A stretch of DNA of 64,000 bases, taken from Lutibacter sp. (GTDB lineage Bacteria > Bacteroidota > Bacteroidia > Flavobacteriales > Flavobacteriaceae). The translations under genes and the position numbers were made by a program. The notes beneath the pieces are model-generated. The model had not been told where the DNA came from. It worked only from the letters and a program-made list of their open reading frames with translations, and ran no database searches. The stretch lies in assembly GCF_041596795.1 (NCBI RefSeq), contig NZ_JBFHHX010000003.1, forward strand, positions 426 to 64,425, written 5' to 3'. Numbering within the stretch: position 1 is the first letter of the stretch; each line of letters opens with the position of its first letter. Shown here piece after piece: positions 44,972 to 54,923 of this stretch.

Positions 44972-45712
44972 TTATACTCCCCTTTCTTTTTGTATTTGTT
45001 CGTACGCTTTTTGTACTTGCTTAAACTTTTCTTCAGCACCTTTTACGTGTTCTTCTCCTAAATGTTGTAATTTATCTGGATGGTATTTTTTAACCATTTT
45101 CCTGTAGGCTGCTTTTAGCTCTTCATTAGTTGCTGTTTTTTCAATTTCTAAAATTTTATAAGCACTTTCAGAATCTTCATAAAACATTGCTTTTATCGAT
45201 TCAAAATCGTTTAAACTAATGTATAAATAACTTGCTATTGTTCTAATAGCTTGTACTTCAATTTCCGAAACATTTCCATCAGATTTTGCTATCCCAAATA
45301 AAAAATGAACCAATTGAAGACGTGAAGCATGCGTTAAATTTTGTCGAATTTGAACACATATTTGTTGTGTAGAAACATTGTTGTTTTGCATAAAACCTTT
45401 AAATAATTTAAAGGCATTATTAGCTCTTTCTTCACCGTACATATTTTTAAAATGTGTACGCACGTAATTTAATTCGCGCTCATCAACTCTACCATCAGCT
45501 TTTATAACAACTGCAGACAATAACAATAAACTAATTTCAAAATCACCCGATTGAACATTGCCACTTGTTGAGCTATATTTTTTTGCATTTTCAATGTCTT
45601 CTTTAGAAAAACCACCCAAAATACTACCTAAAACAAAACCTAAAATACTACCAATAGGACCTCCAAGTGTAAAACCAACTCCAGCCCCAATCCATTTAAT
45701 AAAATTTCCCAT
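44972..45712 (-). CDS. DjlA-like protein: glycine-zipper TM anchor + TerB-like domain + C-terminal J-domain
   Basis: N-terminus GAGVGFTLGGPIGSILGFVLGSILGG; C-terminus YKILEIE...YRKMVKKYHPDK (HPD). Confidence 0.7.
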   Translation of the reverse strand: MGNFIKWIGAGVGFTLGGPIGSILGFVLGSILGGFSKEDIENAKKYSSTSGNVQSGDFEISLLLLSAVVIKADGRVDERELNYVRTHFKNMYGEERANNAFKLFKGFMQNNNVSTQQICVQIRQNLTHASRLQLVHFLFGIAKSDGNVSEIEVQAIRTIASYLYISLNDFESIKAMFYEDSESAYKILEIEKTATNEELKAAYRKMVKKYHPDKLQHLGEEHVKGAEEKFKQVQKAYEQIQKERGV

Positions 45713-45814
45713 AATTTAATTTAAAGATGCAAATATAATTGATTTATTAGTAAGCTTAGAGCGCATACATGTTACAGTTGTTAAAATATTTATAAACTTT
45801 TGGCTATAATCTGT

Positions 45815-45822
45815 TATATTTG
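45815..45822 (+). promoter_or_regulatory. -7 promoter box (TATATTTG) for the bacilliredoxin-like gene
   Basis: Perfect TAnnTTTG, 45 nt upstream of ATG 45868. Confidence 0.45.
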
Positions 45823-45867
45823 CACACGTATTACGTCAAATATAGTATAACTAAAAAATCAAGAAAT

Positions 45868-46281
45868 ATGTATCCACCAGAATTAGTAAAACCAATGCAA
45901 TTAGAATTAGAAAATGCAGGGTTTACATCATTACATACCGCAAAAGAAGTTGAACAAGCAATAGCAAAAGAAGGAACTACATTAGTGGTTGTTAATTCAG
46001 TTTGTGGTTGTGCAGCAGGAACTTGCAGACCAGGAGCTGTAGCTTCATTACAATTTGATAAAATTCCTAATAACTTAGTAACAGTTTTTGCCGGAGTAGA
46101 TACTGAGGCAACAGGAAAAGCAAGAGAATTTATGGTTCCCTTTCCTCCATCATCACCTGCAATTGCATTATTTAAAGATGGTGCTTTGGTTCACATGTTA
46201 GAACGTCATCATATTGAAGGAAGACCAGCCGAAGTAATTGCATCAAATTTAGCTGCAGCTTACGAAGAGTACTGTAATTAA
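45868..46281 (+). CDS. BrxA/BrxB (YphP/YqiW) bacilliredoxin-like protein
   Basis: Start moved to MYPPELV (ATG 45868) since TATATTTG (45815-45822) overlaps the track start. NSVCGCAAG CGC redox motif. Confidence 0.75.
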   Translation: MYPPELVKPMQLELENAGFTSLHTAKEVEQAIAKEGTTLVVVNSVCGCAAGTCRPGAVASLQFDKIPNNLVTVFAGVDTEATGKAREFMVPFPPSSPAIALFKDGALVHMLERHHIEGRPAEVIASNLAAAYEEYCN

Positions 46282-46327
46282 AAATTAAAAGTATTCAATT
46301 TATTAAATTGAATAAAATATAAATCTA

Positions 46328-46357
46328 AAATCCGTTTTATTTAAAGCGGATTTTTTT
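46328..46357 (+). terminator. rho-independent terminator after the bacilliredoxin-like gene
   Basis: AAATCCGTTTTA..TAAAGCGGATTT followed by a T-run. Confidence 0.65.
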
Positions 46358-46368
46358 ATTTTTAAAAG

Positions 46369-47022
46369 ATGAATACAATACAAATAATAAAGAATACTGA
46401 AATTTTTGTAAAAGAAACCTTAAAAAATGCCGAAGGAGGTCACGATTGGTTTCATATTTTACGCGTTTGGAACAATGCAAAACTAATTGCTAAAAAAGAA
46501 AATGTTGATGTATTTATTGTTGAATTAGGCGCTTTATTACACGATATTGCCGATTCTAAATTTTACAATGGTGATGAAACTATTGGCCCAAAAATGGCAC
46601 GTGATTTTTTAGAAAAAGAACAGGTAGAAAATTCTATTATTGAACATGTAGAGAATATTATTTCAAACATTTCATACAAAGGCGGAAATTTTAAACAAAC
46701 TTTTAAATCGCCAGAATTAGATGTTGTGCAAGATGCCGATAGATTAGATGCCATTGGTGCCGTTGGAATTGCACGTTGTTTTAATTACGGTGGTTTTAAA
46801 AACCGACCATTATATAACCCAGAAATTGCTCCAAACCTACATCAAACCAAAGAAGAATATAAAAATTCAGAAGCCCCAACAATTAATCATTTTTATGAAA
46901 AACTATTGTTGCTAAAAGACAAAATGAATACTGAAACAGGAAAAAAAATAGCGGAAGATCGTCACACCTACATGGAAACTTTTTTACAGCAATTTTATAA
47001 CGAATGGGAAGGAAAATTATAG
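46369..47022 (+). CDS. HD-domain phosphohydrolase
   Basis: GGHDWFH...LHDIAD...DADRLDAIGA. Confidence 0.75.
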   Translation: MNTIQIIKNTEIFVKETLKNAEGGHDWFHILRVWNNAKLIAKKENVDVFIVELGALLHDIADSKFYNGDETIGPKMARDFLEKEQVENSIIEHVENIISNISYKGGNFKQTFKSPELDVVQDADRLDAIGAVGIARCFNYGGFKNRPLYNPEIAPNLHQTKEEYKNSEAPTINHFYEKLLLLKDKMNTETGKKIAEDRHTYMETFLQQFYNEWEGKL

Positions 47023-47145
47023 TACTAAAAAGCAATAGTTTAAAAAATTGTTAAAAATTTAAAAGCAATGCTACCAGTCAATAGTTTTTATATCTTGCCT
47101 TGCTTTTAAAAACCAATATTTTAGAGTGTTATAATTATATTAAGA

Positions 47146-48819
47146 ATGAATATTTTAAAACTTTTTTCGCTGTTTATACTGCTTTTTGCAAGTAGTGTAT
47201 ATTCTCAAACTACCATAAAACACAAAGTTACAAAAGGAGAAAGTATTTATGTAATTGCAAAAAAATATAAGGTTTCTGAATCGGATATTTATGAAGCAAA
47301 CCCAACTATTAAAGGTAAAGTTCTACAACTAAATACAGTTTTATCAATTCCGCCAAGAAAGGACGAGAACGGAAATATTATTATTGAAACTCATACTGTA
47401 GTTTCTGGCGAAACATTAAATGGAATTGCAAATAAATATAATTTAAGTCCTTTAAAATTATCACAACTAAACCCAAATATTGATGCTAAAAGACTAAAAA
47501 TTGGACATGTTTTAAATTTAACCGAAGTTCCAACTTCTAAAAATATAGAAAACTCTGGTAACTCTACCAAAAATGCAACTACACATACAGTTTCTTCAGG
47601 TGAATCCTTAAGTATTATAGCAAATAAATACAACCTTAGCTTAGCAGAATTAGGTAAATTAAACCCTAACGTTGATCCAAGAAAACTACAAATTGGCACC
47701 GTGCTAAAATTAAAATCATCGGAAGAAATTTCAGCAGAAAACAATAGCAATAACGATGCAGTTGAAAAAATAATTACACCCAAAAATCATATTGTAGCTT
47801 CTGGCGAAACCTTAAAAATTATTGCCAACAAATACAATACAAGTCTTTCTACTATTCAAAAATTAAATCCAACTGTTGATTCTAGAAGAATGAAAATTGG
47901 AATGGTAATTACGTTACCTGCAGACACTACTGTAGTTGTTAAAAACACAATTGCTGATAATGTTAGTACAAATCCAACTCCTCAATTTCAAAAAACAAAA
48001 GTTTTATCTGAAGTAAAAACACACAGAATTAAATCTGGCGAAACATTTAAAACAATTGCAAAAAAATATGATATCAATGTTAAGGAATTAACAAAGTTAA
48101 ACCCTAAAATTGATCCAAGAAGAATGAAAGTTGGAACCATTGTTCGTTTAAATAAACCTGATACCATTACTATTTTAACAAGAGTTGACGATCAAAATTT
48201 AGACAATCCCGAAATTCTTGCTGAAGATATTATTCATAAAGTTTTACCTGATGAAACCAAATACGGAATTGCAAAAAAATATGGCATTACCGTTGAAGAG
48301 TTGGAATATTTAAACCCTGATATTAAAAATAAACTACTGGTAGATTATGAATTAGTAATAAAACGCGGAACAAAACATTTAGCAGAATTGACTCCTGAAA
48401 TTATTGAAGAGTCTAAAAACAGTGAATCACACGCGGTAATTGCAGAAATTTTGATTGATGCTGCTTCAAAAAATATGGGAACTCCATATAGAGGAGGCGG
48501 AACAACTTCTAGAGGTTTTGACTGTTCTGGTTTAGTATATGTTACCTTTAAAGAGATAGATATGAATTTACCACGATCTTCAAGGGCAATGGCTAAATAC
48601 GGAGAAAAAATTAATAAAAATAAAGCACAAAAAGGCGATTTAATATTTTTTGCTACTGGCAGAAAAAATATTATAAGCCACGTTGGTTTGGTAACTGAAG
48701 TTAGTGGAAATGACATTAAATTTATACACTCCTCTACATCTCAAGGCGTAATAATTTCTTCTTTAAATGAAGACTATTATTCAAAACGATTTATTCAAAT
48801 TAACAGAGTTTTAAACTAA
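47146..48819 (+). CDS. secreted peptidoglycan hydrolase: six LysM repeats + C-terminal NlpC/P60 (C40) peptidase
   Basis: Signal peptide; six H.V..GE(T/S)...IA.KY...L..LNP units; FDCSGLVYV catalytic Cys and ISHVGLV His. Confidence 0.85.
   Translation: MNILKLFSLFILLFASSVYSQTTIKHKVTKGESIYVIAKKYKVSESDIYEANPTIKGKVLQLNTVLSIPPRKDENGNIIIETHTVVSGETLNGIANKYNLSPLKLSQLNPNIDAKRLKIGHVLNLTEVPTSKNIENSGNSTKNATTHTVSSGESLSIIANKYNLSLAELGKLNPNVDPRKLQIGTVLKLKSSEEISAENNSNNDAVEKIITPKNHIVASGETLKIIANKYNTSLSTIQKLNPTVDSRRMKIGMVITLPADTTVVVKNTIADNVSTNPTPQFQKTKVLSEVKTHRIKSGETFKTIAKKYDINVKELTKLNPKIDPRRMKVGTIVRLNKPDTITILTRVDDQNLDNPEILAEDIIHKVLPDETKYGIAKKYGITVEELEYLNPDIKNKLLVDYELVIKRGTKHLAELTPEIIEESKNSESHAVIAEILIDAASKNMGTPYRGGGTTSRGFDCSGLVYVTFKEIDMNLPRSSRAMAKYGEKINKNKAQKGDLIFFATGRKNIISHVGLVTEVSGNDIKFIHSSTSQGVIISSLNEDYYSKRFIQINRVLN
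47221..48360 (+). repeat. intragenic tandem LysM-module repeats (6 diverged units)
   Basis: Recurrent nucleotide blocks such as attgcaaataaatataa / atagcaaataaatacaa / attgccaacaaatacaa followed by ttaaa(c/t)cc...gatcc/gatgc. Approximate coordinates. Confidence 0.6.
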
Positions 48820-48856
48820 AAAAAAATGCTCAAGTAACCTTGAGCATTTTTTTTAT
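48820..48856. terminator. bidirectional hairpin terminator between the LysM/P60 and yceI genes
   Basis: A-run, ATGCTCAAG-TAAC-CTTGAGCAT, T-run. Confidence 0.75.
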
Positions 48857-48871
48857 TCATTTTTTTAAATA

Positions 48872-49447
48872 TTAGAATTCTAAATCTGCAACTAAATCAA
48901 ATTCATCATAGATAGCTTTATCTTTTAAGTTGTCGAAAAAGCTAGTTGATCCGTATCTAACATCATATTTTGTTCTATCAATTTTTAATGTTGCATTGGC
49001 TTTATTTCCATAAACAGATAAATCAAAAGTAACTGCATTTTTAATTCCTTTAATAGTTAAATCTCCTGTTACTTTGTACGAATTTTTTCCTGAAGTTTCT
49101 ACTTTAGTAACTACTAACGTTGCTGTTGGGTGTTTTTCAACACTAAAAAAATCGTCCGATTTTAAATGTCCATCTAATTTTCCTTTATAATCTCCCTTTA
49201 AATCTGTTGTTTCAATTGTTTGCATATTCATTACAAATTCTCCTCCAACCAATTTATCTTCTTTAAAGGTTAAAAAACCTGATTTTAAATTAATTGTACC
49301 TTCATGTGAACCTGTAACTTTATAACCTTTCCAAATTACTTTGCTAGTAGCTGTTTTAATTTCTTTTTGTTGAGCATTTACTTTTGTAAATGAAAATGTT
49401 ATTACAGTAATAACTGCAATTAACGCTAAATTTTTAAATGTTTTCAT
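48872..49447 (-). CDS. YceI family periplasmic protein
   Basis: 191 aa, signal peptide, WKGYKVTGSHEGTI and LTIKG...V.F motifs. Confidence 0.8.
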   Translation of the reverse strand: MKTFKNLALIAVITVITFSFTKVNAQQKEIKTATSKVIWKGYKVTGSHEGTINLKSGFLTFKEDKLVGGEFVMNMQTIETTDLKGDYKGKLDGHLKSDDFFSVEKHPTATLVVTKVETSGKNSYKVTGDLTIKGIKNAVTFDLSVYGNKANATLKIDRTKYDVRYGSTSFFDNLKDKAIYDEFDLVADLEF

Positions 49448-49548
49448 GTGTTTATAAAATTAACTTATTGTATTAGGCAAAGTTGCGGAACAAACTACTT
49501 AATTAAAAAAAGGTAGCTTATTAAATTTTGTTAATATAGATTAACTTT

Positions 49549-50133
49549 TTATTCTTCTAAAGCAAGTTGACTTTTTATTTTACTAAAAAATTCCTTAGTA
49601 ATTCCAAGATATGAGGCAATCATATATTGAGGTACTCGTTGTTCAATAGTTGGGTATTGCTCTTTAAAATATAGATATTGTTCTTTAGCAGTAAGGCTAA
49701 AACTTCTAATTATTCTTTTTTGTGAAGCCGCATAGGCCGACTCAACAATTTTTCTAAAAAAACGTTCTAGTTTAGGAATTACACGAAGTATTTCTTCATT
49801 ATCATCATAGGTTATTTGAATAAGCTCTGTATTTTCGATACATTGAACATTAAAATCGGCAGGTGTTTGCGTTATAAAACTTCCCATATCCGATGTCCAC
49901 CAATCTTCAATAGCAAACAACACAATATGTTCTTGTCCTCCAGCATCCATATAAAAGGTTTTTGTACAACCCGAAATTATAAAGCATTGTTTTTTACAAA
50001 TATCACCTTGTTGAACAATGTATTGTCCTTTTAAATATTTTCTGAAAGTTATTTTAGAAATTAAAAATAAAGCTTCCTCTTCAGATAAACTGATGTACTT
50101 GCTAATGTAGTTTAATAGAGGTTGAGCGTTCAT
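49549..50133 (-). CDS. Crp/Fnr-type cyclic-nucleotide-binding-domain regulator
   Basis: 194 aa, beta-roll RKYLKGQYIVQQGD, C-terminal HTH IASYLGITKEFFSKI. Confidence 0.7.
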   Translation of the reverse strand: MNAQPLLNYISKYISLSEEEALFLISKITFRKYLKGQYIVQQGDICKKQCFIISGCTKTFYMDAGGQEHIVLFAIEDWWTSDMGSFITQTPADFNVQCIENTELIQITYDDNEEILRVIPKLERFFRKIVESAYAASQKRIIRSFSLTAKEQYLYFKEQYPTIEQRVPQYMIASYLGITKEFFSKIKSQLALEE

Positions 50134-50139
50134 TTAAAA

Positions 50140-51096
50140 TTAATTTAAAAGTTGTTTTTTGTAGCGTTCGGCTCTGTTTTTAATGTTATCTTGAATATCA
50201 ATTATTGTTGAGCCTTTTAATCTTCTTGAACCAAGTTGTTTATAAAAATAAACCTCATCATTTTCTGTATTTAAAATAACATTTATTTGAAGAACAATAA
50301 GTGGACTTTGCGTGCGCATTGCAAAACTTCTCCAATAAAACGATCCTTTTTCTTTGTTTAACCTCCTTTGTTCAAGTTCCTCTTTTGTAATAATTTCATA
50401 CTTACATAAATTCCATTCCTCAAGTCCTTCTTTAATATCTTCATTTCTTTTGTCGGCTTTTTTTTCGTTTTCACTTTCATCCATCACGGCCAAAAAAGTA
50501 AGATTATTAATGTTTTCATAAAACTTTAAAAACTTCTCTTTATAATTATTTCTAACATCAGAATAACCGGTTGTTAATTCATTTTCATGTAACTCTGAAG
50601 CTTCATTTAATGAAAAATTGAGCATATTAATCATTAATCTTATGTCTTCAACTTTAGTTAAATCAATTCCAGTAATTAAAGCTCTTGCAATATCTTTGGT
50701 AGTATCTGGACCCATTGAAACCAATAAAACCCAATCGTTATAAAAACCATCGGTAAAATACTTTAATACCAAGGCTTTTGGGTCTTTTGCTTTTTTGAGT
50801 TCTTTAAAGTTAAAATCTACAATTTCATACGGAGTTGCGTTGTAGCTAGATTGTTCCATTGCCAACTTCCATATTCTATTATATTCTTCAATTTTTTCTT
50901 TTTCTGTAGCAATTTTATCAAATTGTTCATTTTTTAAAAAACGTTGAATTTTGTTAGAATCTTCATCAAAATTTAATTGAGGAATGTATAAAACTTTACC
51001 TTCAAGTAATTTATAATCGAAGTTTTTTATTGGTGAAAACTGACTATATGTTACAACTTTAAAAAGTAAAAGAGATAAAAAAAGATATTTTTTCAT
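50140..51096 (-). CDS. secreted hypothetical protein
   Basis: 318 aa with an N-terminal signal-like segment; no motif I recognise. 5-6 nt gaps to both neighbours. Confidence 0.5.
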   Translation of the reverse strand: MKKYLFLSLLLFKVVTYSQFSPIKNFDYKLLEGKVLYIPQLNFDEDSNKIQRFLKNEQFDKIATEKEKIEEYNRIWKLAMEQSSYNATPYEIVDFNFKELKKAKDPKALVLKYFTDGFYNDWVLLVSMGPDTTKDIARALITGIDLTKVEDIRLMINMLNFSLNEASELHENELTTGYSDVRNNYKEKFLKFYENINNLTFLAVMDESENEKKADKRNEDIKEGLEEWNLCKYEIITKEELEQRRLNKEKGSFYWRSFAMRTQSPLIVLQINVILNTENDEVYFYKQLGSRRLKGSTIIDIQDNIKNRAERYKKQLLN

Positions 51097-51101
51097 AAAA
51101 A

Positions 51102-51878
51102 TTATTCAAAATTAGGTGTGCGTTTTTCTAAAAATGCTGTAGTGCCTTCTGCAAAATCATCGGTACCAAAACTTACACCAAATTGCTCAATTTCTACAGC
51201 ATAACCATTAACACAATTGGTATAATTTGCATTAACAGCTTTAATTGCTGCAGCAATAGCCACAGAGGAATTTTTACTAATTTTATCGGCTAATTTTATA
51301 CATAAAGGCAATAATTCTAACTGTTCTACAACATAATTAACCAATCCCCAGTTTTTTGCTTCTTCAGCACTTATCATACTTGCAGACATAATCATTTCAA
51401 GGGCTTTTCCTTTTCCAACCAATTGTGGTAAACGTTGCGTACCTCCATAACCAGGAATTACACCTAAACTAACTTCTGGCAAACCCATTTTTGCATTGGT
51501 ACTTGCAACTCTAAAATGTGCAGCCATTGCTAATTCTAAACCGCCTCCAAGAGCAAAACCATTTATTGCTGCAATTACAGGTGTTTCTAAATTTTGAATA
51601 TAATCAAATAGAATTTCTTGACCTTTTCTAGCTAATTCAGTTCCTTCTTCTATACTAAAATTGGCAAATTCAGAAATATCAGCACCAGCAACAAAAGCTT
51701 TTTCACCGCTACCTGTAATTATAATAACTTTAATTTTTCTGTTATCATTAAAACTTTTAAACGCTATGTGTAACTCTTCTATAGTTTTTTTATTTAAAGC
51801 ATTTAATTTTGTAGGTCTGTTAATGGTTATAAATCCTATTAACCCTTTTTTGTCTGTTAAAATATTTTCAAAATTCAT
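51102..51878 (-). CDS. enoyl-CoA hydratase/isomerase (crotonase) family protein
   Basis: 258 aa, FVAGADI, INGFALGGGLELAMA oxyanion-hole motifs. Confidence 0.85.
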   Translation of the reverse strand: MNFENILTDKKGLIGFITINRPTKLNALNKKTIEELHIAFKSFNDNRKIKVIIITGSGEKAFVAGADISEFANFSIEEGTELARKGQEILFDYIQNLETPVIAAINGFALGGGLELAMAAHFRVASTNAKMGLPEVSLGVIPGYGGTQRLPQLVGKGKALEMIMSASMISAEEAKNWGLVNYVVEQLELLPLCIKLADKISKNSSVAIAAAIKAVNANYTNCVNGYAVEIEQFGVSFGTDDFAEGTTAFLEKRTPNFE

Positions 51879-51882
51879 AAAA

Positions 51883-53343
51883 TTATTTTTTTGGAATTAT
51901 TATTTTAAATACTGTTCCGGCATTTTCTTGCGATGTAAAAGAAATAGTGCCATTATAAGCTTCTATAATATTTTTAACCATAGCCAAACCTAAACCTGTT
52001 CCACTTGACTTTGTGGTAAATTGTGGCTCAAAAACTTTATCTTTATCTTCTTCTGAAATTCCTTTTCCGTTATCTGCAATTACAATAATTACGTTGTTTT
52101 CTTCTTCAGAAACGGTAACTTCAATTTTTGCATCATCTATTTCTTCTAATGCTTGGGCGGCATTTTTCACAAGGTTTGTTACAACTCTAATTAACTGATT
52201 TTTATCTAAATTAGCAATAATTGATGGTTGTTTTGGGAAAAATGATATATAATCTTCATTAAATATATCTAAAGCATGTTTAACAACTTCAACAACATCT
52301 ATTTCTTCTCTGTTTTGCGATGGCATTTTAGCAAAATTTGAAAAAGCAGACGCTATTGAACTTAACGTATCTATTTGCTGAATTAAAGCTTTACTAAATT
52401 CATTAAGTTTTTCATTAATTTTAGGATCCGCTGGGTCAAATTTTCGTTGAAAACTTTGTACTGTTAAACGCATTGGAGTTAACGGATTTTTTATTTCATG
52501 TGCTACTTGTTTAGCCATTTCTCGCCAAGCTTGTTCACGTTCTCCTTTAGCTAATTTTATAGCACTAATTTCCAATTCATTCACCATTTTGTTATAGGCA
52601 TTTACTAAAGTAGAAATCTCGGAACTTGCATCTCTTAAAATAATTTTTTCATTGGTTCTGTTAAGGCTTGTTTGCCTCATTTTATCGGTAACAGCTTTTA
52701 TATTTCTGGTAATATAACTTGAAATAAAATATGCTAAACCAATGGCAATTAAAAACATGAAAAAATAAACATACGCCATTCTTACCAAAAACTCTTCTAA
52801 ATCTCTTTCTTGATCGGTATTATCTTGTACATATTGTAAATTTAAAATACCTATTGGTTTAAACTTACTGTCTGTAATAAATGTATAGGAAGATTGAAGG
52901 TTACGGCCATTAATAATTTTATCATTTACATATCTATGATCGTAACTATTGCTTACTACATATAATATTTCTTGAGGAAGTTTTTGAGGGGCATCGCTTG
53001 GAACAAAACCAGCATGAGAGCTTTTAACTATTTCTCCTTCTAAATTGTAAATATTGATTTCTAATTTTTCAATATCTGCAATTTCATATATTTTATCTTT
53101 AAAAATAAAAGGCAAGTTTTTGGTAATTACTGGAAATGTGTTTCCATTACCACTATTTAACCAATAATTAATAGCTGCTTTAACAGATTCTTCTTTACGT
53201 TCTAATCTACCTTGATTGTATTCGTCTGTTTGCTCTTTATATTGATAAATTGTAACGGCTGCAATTAAAATTGATGCTAATAGAATTAGCAATATCATTG
53301 CAAAAAATATACGTATCCGTAAAGAAAGCTGCTTAATTTTCAT
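51883..53343 (-). CDS. membrane sensor histidine kinase (NtrY-like H-box), no adjacent response regulator
   Basis: 2 TM + HAMP; H-box HEIKNPLTPM; N, G1 (DNGKGI), G2 (GTGLGL) boxes. Confidence 0.8.
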   Translation of the reverse strand: MKIKQLSLRIRIFFAMILLILLASILIAAVTIYQYKEQTDEYNQGRLERKEESVKAAINYWLNSGNGNTFPVITKNLPFIFKDKIYEIADIEKLEINIYNLEGEIVKSSHAGFVPSDAPQKLPQEILYVVSNSYDHRYVNDKIINGRNLQSSYTFITDSKFKPIGILNLQYVQDNTDQERDLEEFLVRMAYVYFFMFLIAIGLAYFISSYITRNIKAVTDKMRQTSLNRTNEKIILRDASSEISTLVNAYNKMVNELEISAIKLAKGEREQAWREMAKQVAHEIKNPLTPMRLTVQSFQRKFDPADPKINEKLNEFSKALIQQIDTLSSIASAFSNFAKMPSQNREEIDVVEVVKHALDIFNEDYISFFPKQPSIIANLDKNQLIRVVTNLVKNAAQALEEIDDAKIEVTVSEEENNVIIVIADNGKGISEEDKDKVFEPQFTTKSSGTGLGLAMVKNIIEAYNGTISFTSQENAGTVFKIIIPKK

Positions 53344-53392
53344 GATTTAATTTGAAGTAAATATAAGTAATAAATTACATTCTATTTATCAA

Positions 53393-53400
53393 CAAATATA
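53393..53400 (-). promoter_or_regulatory. -7 promoter box (TATATTTG) for the HK-crotonase-hypothetical-Crp operon
   Basis: Perfect TAnnTTTG on the minus strand, about 50 nt upstream of ATG 53343. Confidence 0.4.
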
Positions 53401-53408
53401 CCATGTGT

Positions 53409-53666
53409 TTATTTATACTTTAATTTTAGAATAACCAAAAACAATGCTAATCCTCCTGTTACAATATTTGAAACTATCATTGCAAAACTGTTTAAATAAA
53501 AACCATAAACTAGCCAAAGCATAACACCAATAAAAAATATAACATACATTGGTAAGGACAAACTTTCTGTGGACTTAGTTTTCCAAGTTTTATAAACTTG
53601 TGGTACAAAGGATGATGTTGTTAAAACAGCTGCTATTAAACCAATAATTTCAAATTTGTCTATCAT
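53409..53666 (-). CDS. SemiSWEET (PQ-loop, 3-TM) transporter
   Basis: 85 aa, three TM helices, FVPQVYKTWKTKS PQ motif. Confidence 0.7.
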   Translation of the reverse strand: MIDKFEIIGLIAAVLTTSSFVPQVYKTWKTKSTESLSLPMYVIFFIGVMLWLVYGFYLNSFAMIVSNIVTGGLALFLVILKLKYK

Positions 53667-53691
53667 TTATAAAATTTTTGTCAAAACTAAT

Positions 53692-53720
53692 AAAAAAATC
53701 CTCCCGAAATGGAAGGATTT
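53692..53720 (-). terminator. hairpin + T-run after ald
   Basis: Minus strand AATCCTTCC-ATTTC-GGGAGGATT (one mismatch) followed by T7. Confidence 0.5.
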
Positions 53721-53746
53721 TAAGAACATTATATATAAATAATCAA

Positions 53747-54823
53747 TTAGTTAGAAAGTAATTCATCATAAATTATTTCACCTTTTGCAATATTTAAACC
53801 TTTATTTAAGCCTTCATTTTCTTCACAAGCTTTTTGCCATCCTTTATTTGCAATTTGCAATACAAAAGGTAACGTAACGTTTGTAAGAGCAACTGTTGAA
53901 GTGTAAGGAACAGCTCCTGGCATATTTGCAACACAATAATGCACAACATTATCTATAATATAGATAGGATCTTCATGTGTTGTAGCTTTAGTTGTTTCAA
54001 AACAACCTCCTTGATCTACAGCAACATCTACAATTACAGTACCTGGTTGCATTTCTTTTAACATATCTTTAGTAATTAATTTTGGCGCTTTCGCTCCTGG
54101 AATTAAAACACCTCCAACAATTAAGTCAGAATCTTTAATATGTTTTCTAATAGTATACTCGTTAGAATATTCTGTTATTACGTTATTAGGCATAACATCG
54201 TTAATATGACGAAGTCTGTCCATATTTATATCTAGTATAGTAACTCTTGCTCCTAAACCAGCTGCCATTTTTGCCGCTTGAACTCCAACTACTCCACCTC
54301 CTAAAATTAATACTTTTCCTGGACGAACACCTGGTACACCTCCTAATAAAATACCTTTTCCTTTAATAGGTTTTTCTAAGTATTTTGCTCCTTGTTGAAT
54401 TGCCATTCTTCCAGCTACTTCAGACATTGGAGTTAATAAAGGCAACGTTCCTTTTTTATCCTCAACTGTTTCATATGCAATACAAATAGCTTTGCTAGCT
54501 ACCATTGCATCAATTAATTTTTGGTTTGAAGCAAAATGGAAATAAGTAAAAATTATTTGTCCTTCTCTTGCTAAAGCATATTCCGATTCTATAGGCTCTT
54601 TCACCTTTACAATCATTTCGCTTTGGGCATATACATCGTTAATTAATGGTAAAATTGAAGCTCCTGCCTGCACATATTCTTCATTTGTAAAACCACTATC
54701 AAAACCTGCATTTGTTTGAACCAAAACAGTATGACCTTTTTTAGTTAACTCAAAAACACCAGCCGGAGTTAAAGCTACACGGCTTTCGTTGTTTTTTATT
54801 TCTTTTGGAAGACCTATAATCAT
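53747..54823 (-). CDS. ald: alanine dehydrogenase
   Basis: MIIGLPKEIKNNESRVALTP N-terminus, GGGVVG NAD loop. Confidence 0.85.
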   Translation of the reverse strand: MIIGLPKEIKNNESRVALTPAGVFELTKKGHTVLVQTNAGFDSGFTNEEYVQAGASILPLINDVYAQSEMIVKVKEPIESEYALAREGQIIFTYFHFASNQKLIDAMVASKAICIAYETVEDKKGTLPLLTPMSEVAGRMAIQQGAKYLEKPIKGKGILLGGVPGVRPGKVLILGGGVVGVQAAKMAAGLGARVTILDINMDRLRHINDVMPNNVITEYSNEYTIRKHIKDSDLIVGGVLIPGAKAPKLITKDMLKEMQPGTVIVDVAVDQGGCFETTKATTHEDPIYIIDNVVHYCVANMPGAVPYTSTVALTNVTLPFVLQIANKGWQKACEENEGLNKGLNIAKGEIIYDELLSN

Positions 54824-54923
54824 TATTAATATTTTTTAAATTTCAAACAAAATAAGTCAATTTAAACCTCTTCTTAACAGAATTCTTAACGTATTTGTTT
54901 TGTTTTAAGAATACTTTAACATA

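Noticed and set aside
47221-48360. Regularly spaced nucleotide repeats, considered as CRISPR-like or mobile repeats
   Set aside because: The repeats are in frame and encode LysM modules. The units are diverged and there is no spacer/repeat structure.
47391-48716. Minus-strand ORFs of 130 aa and 123 aa inside the LysM/P60 gene
   Set aside because: They are antisense shadow ORFs. The plus-strand frame has six clear LysM units and a C40 catalytic triad.
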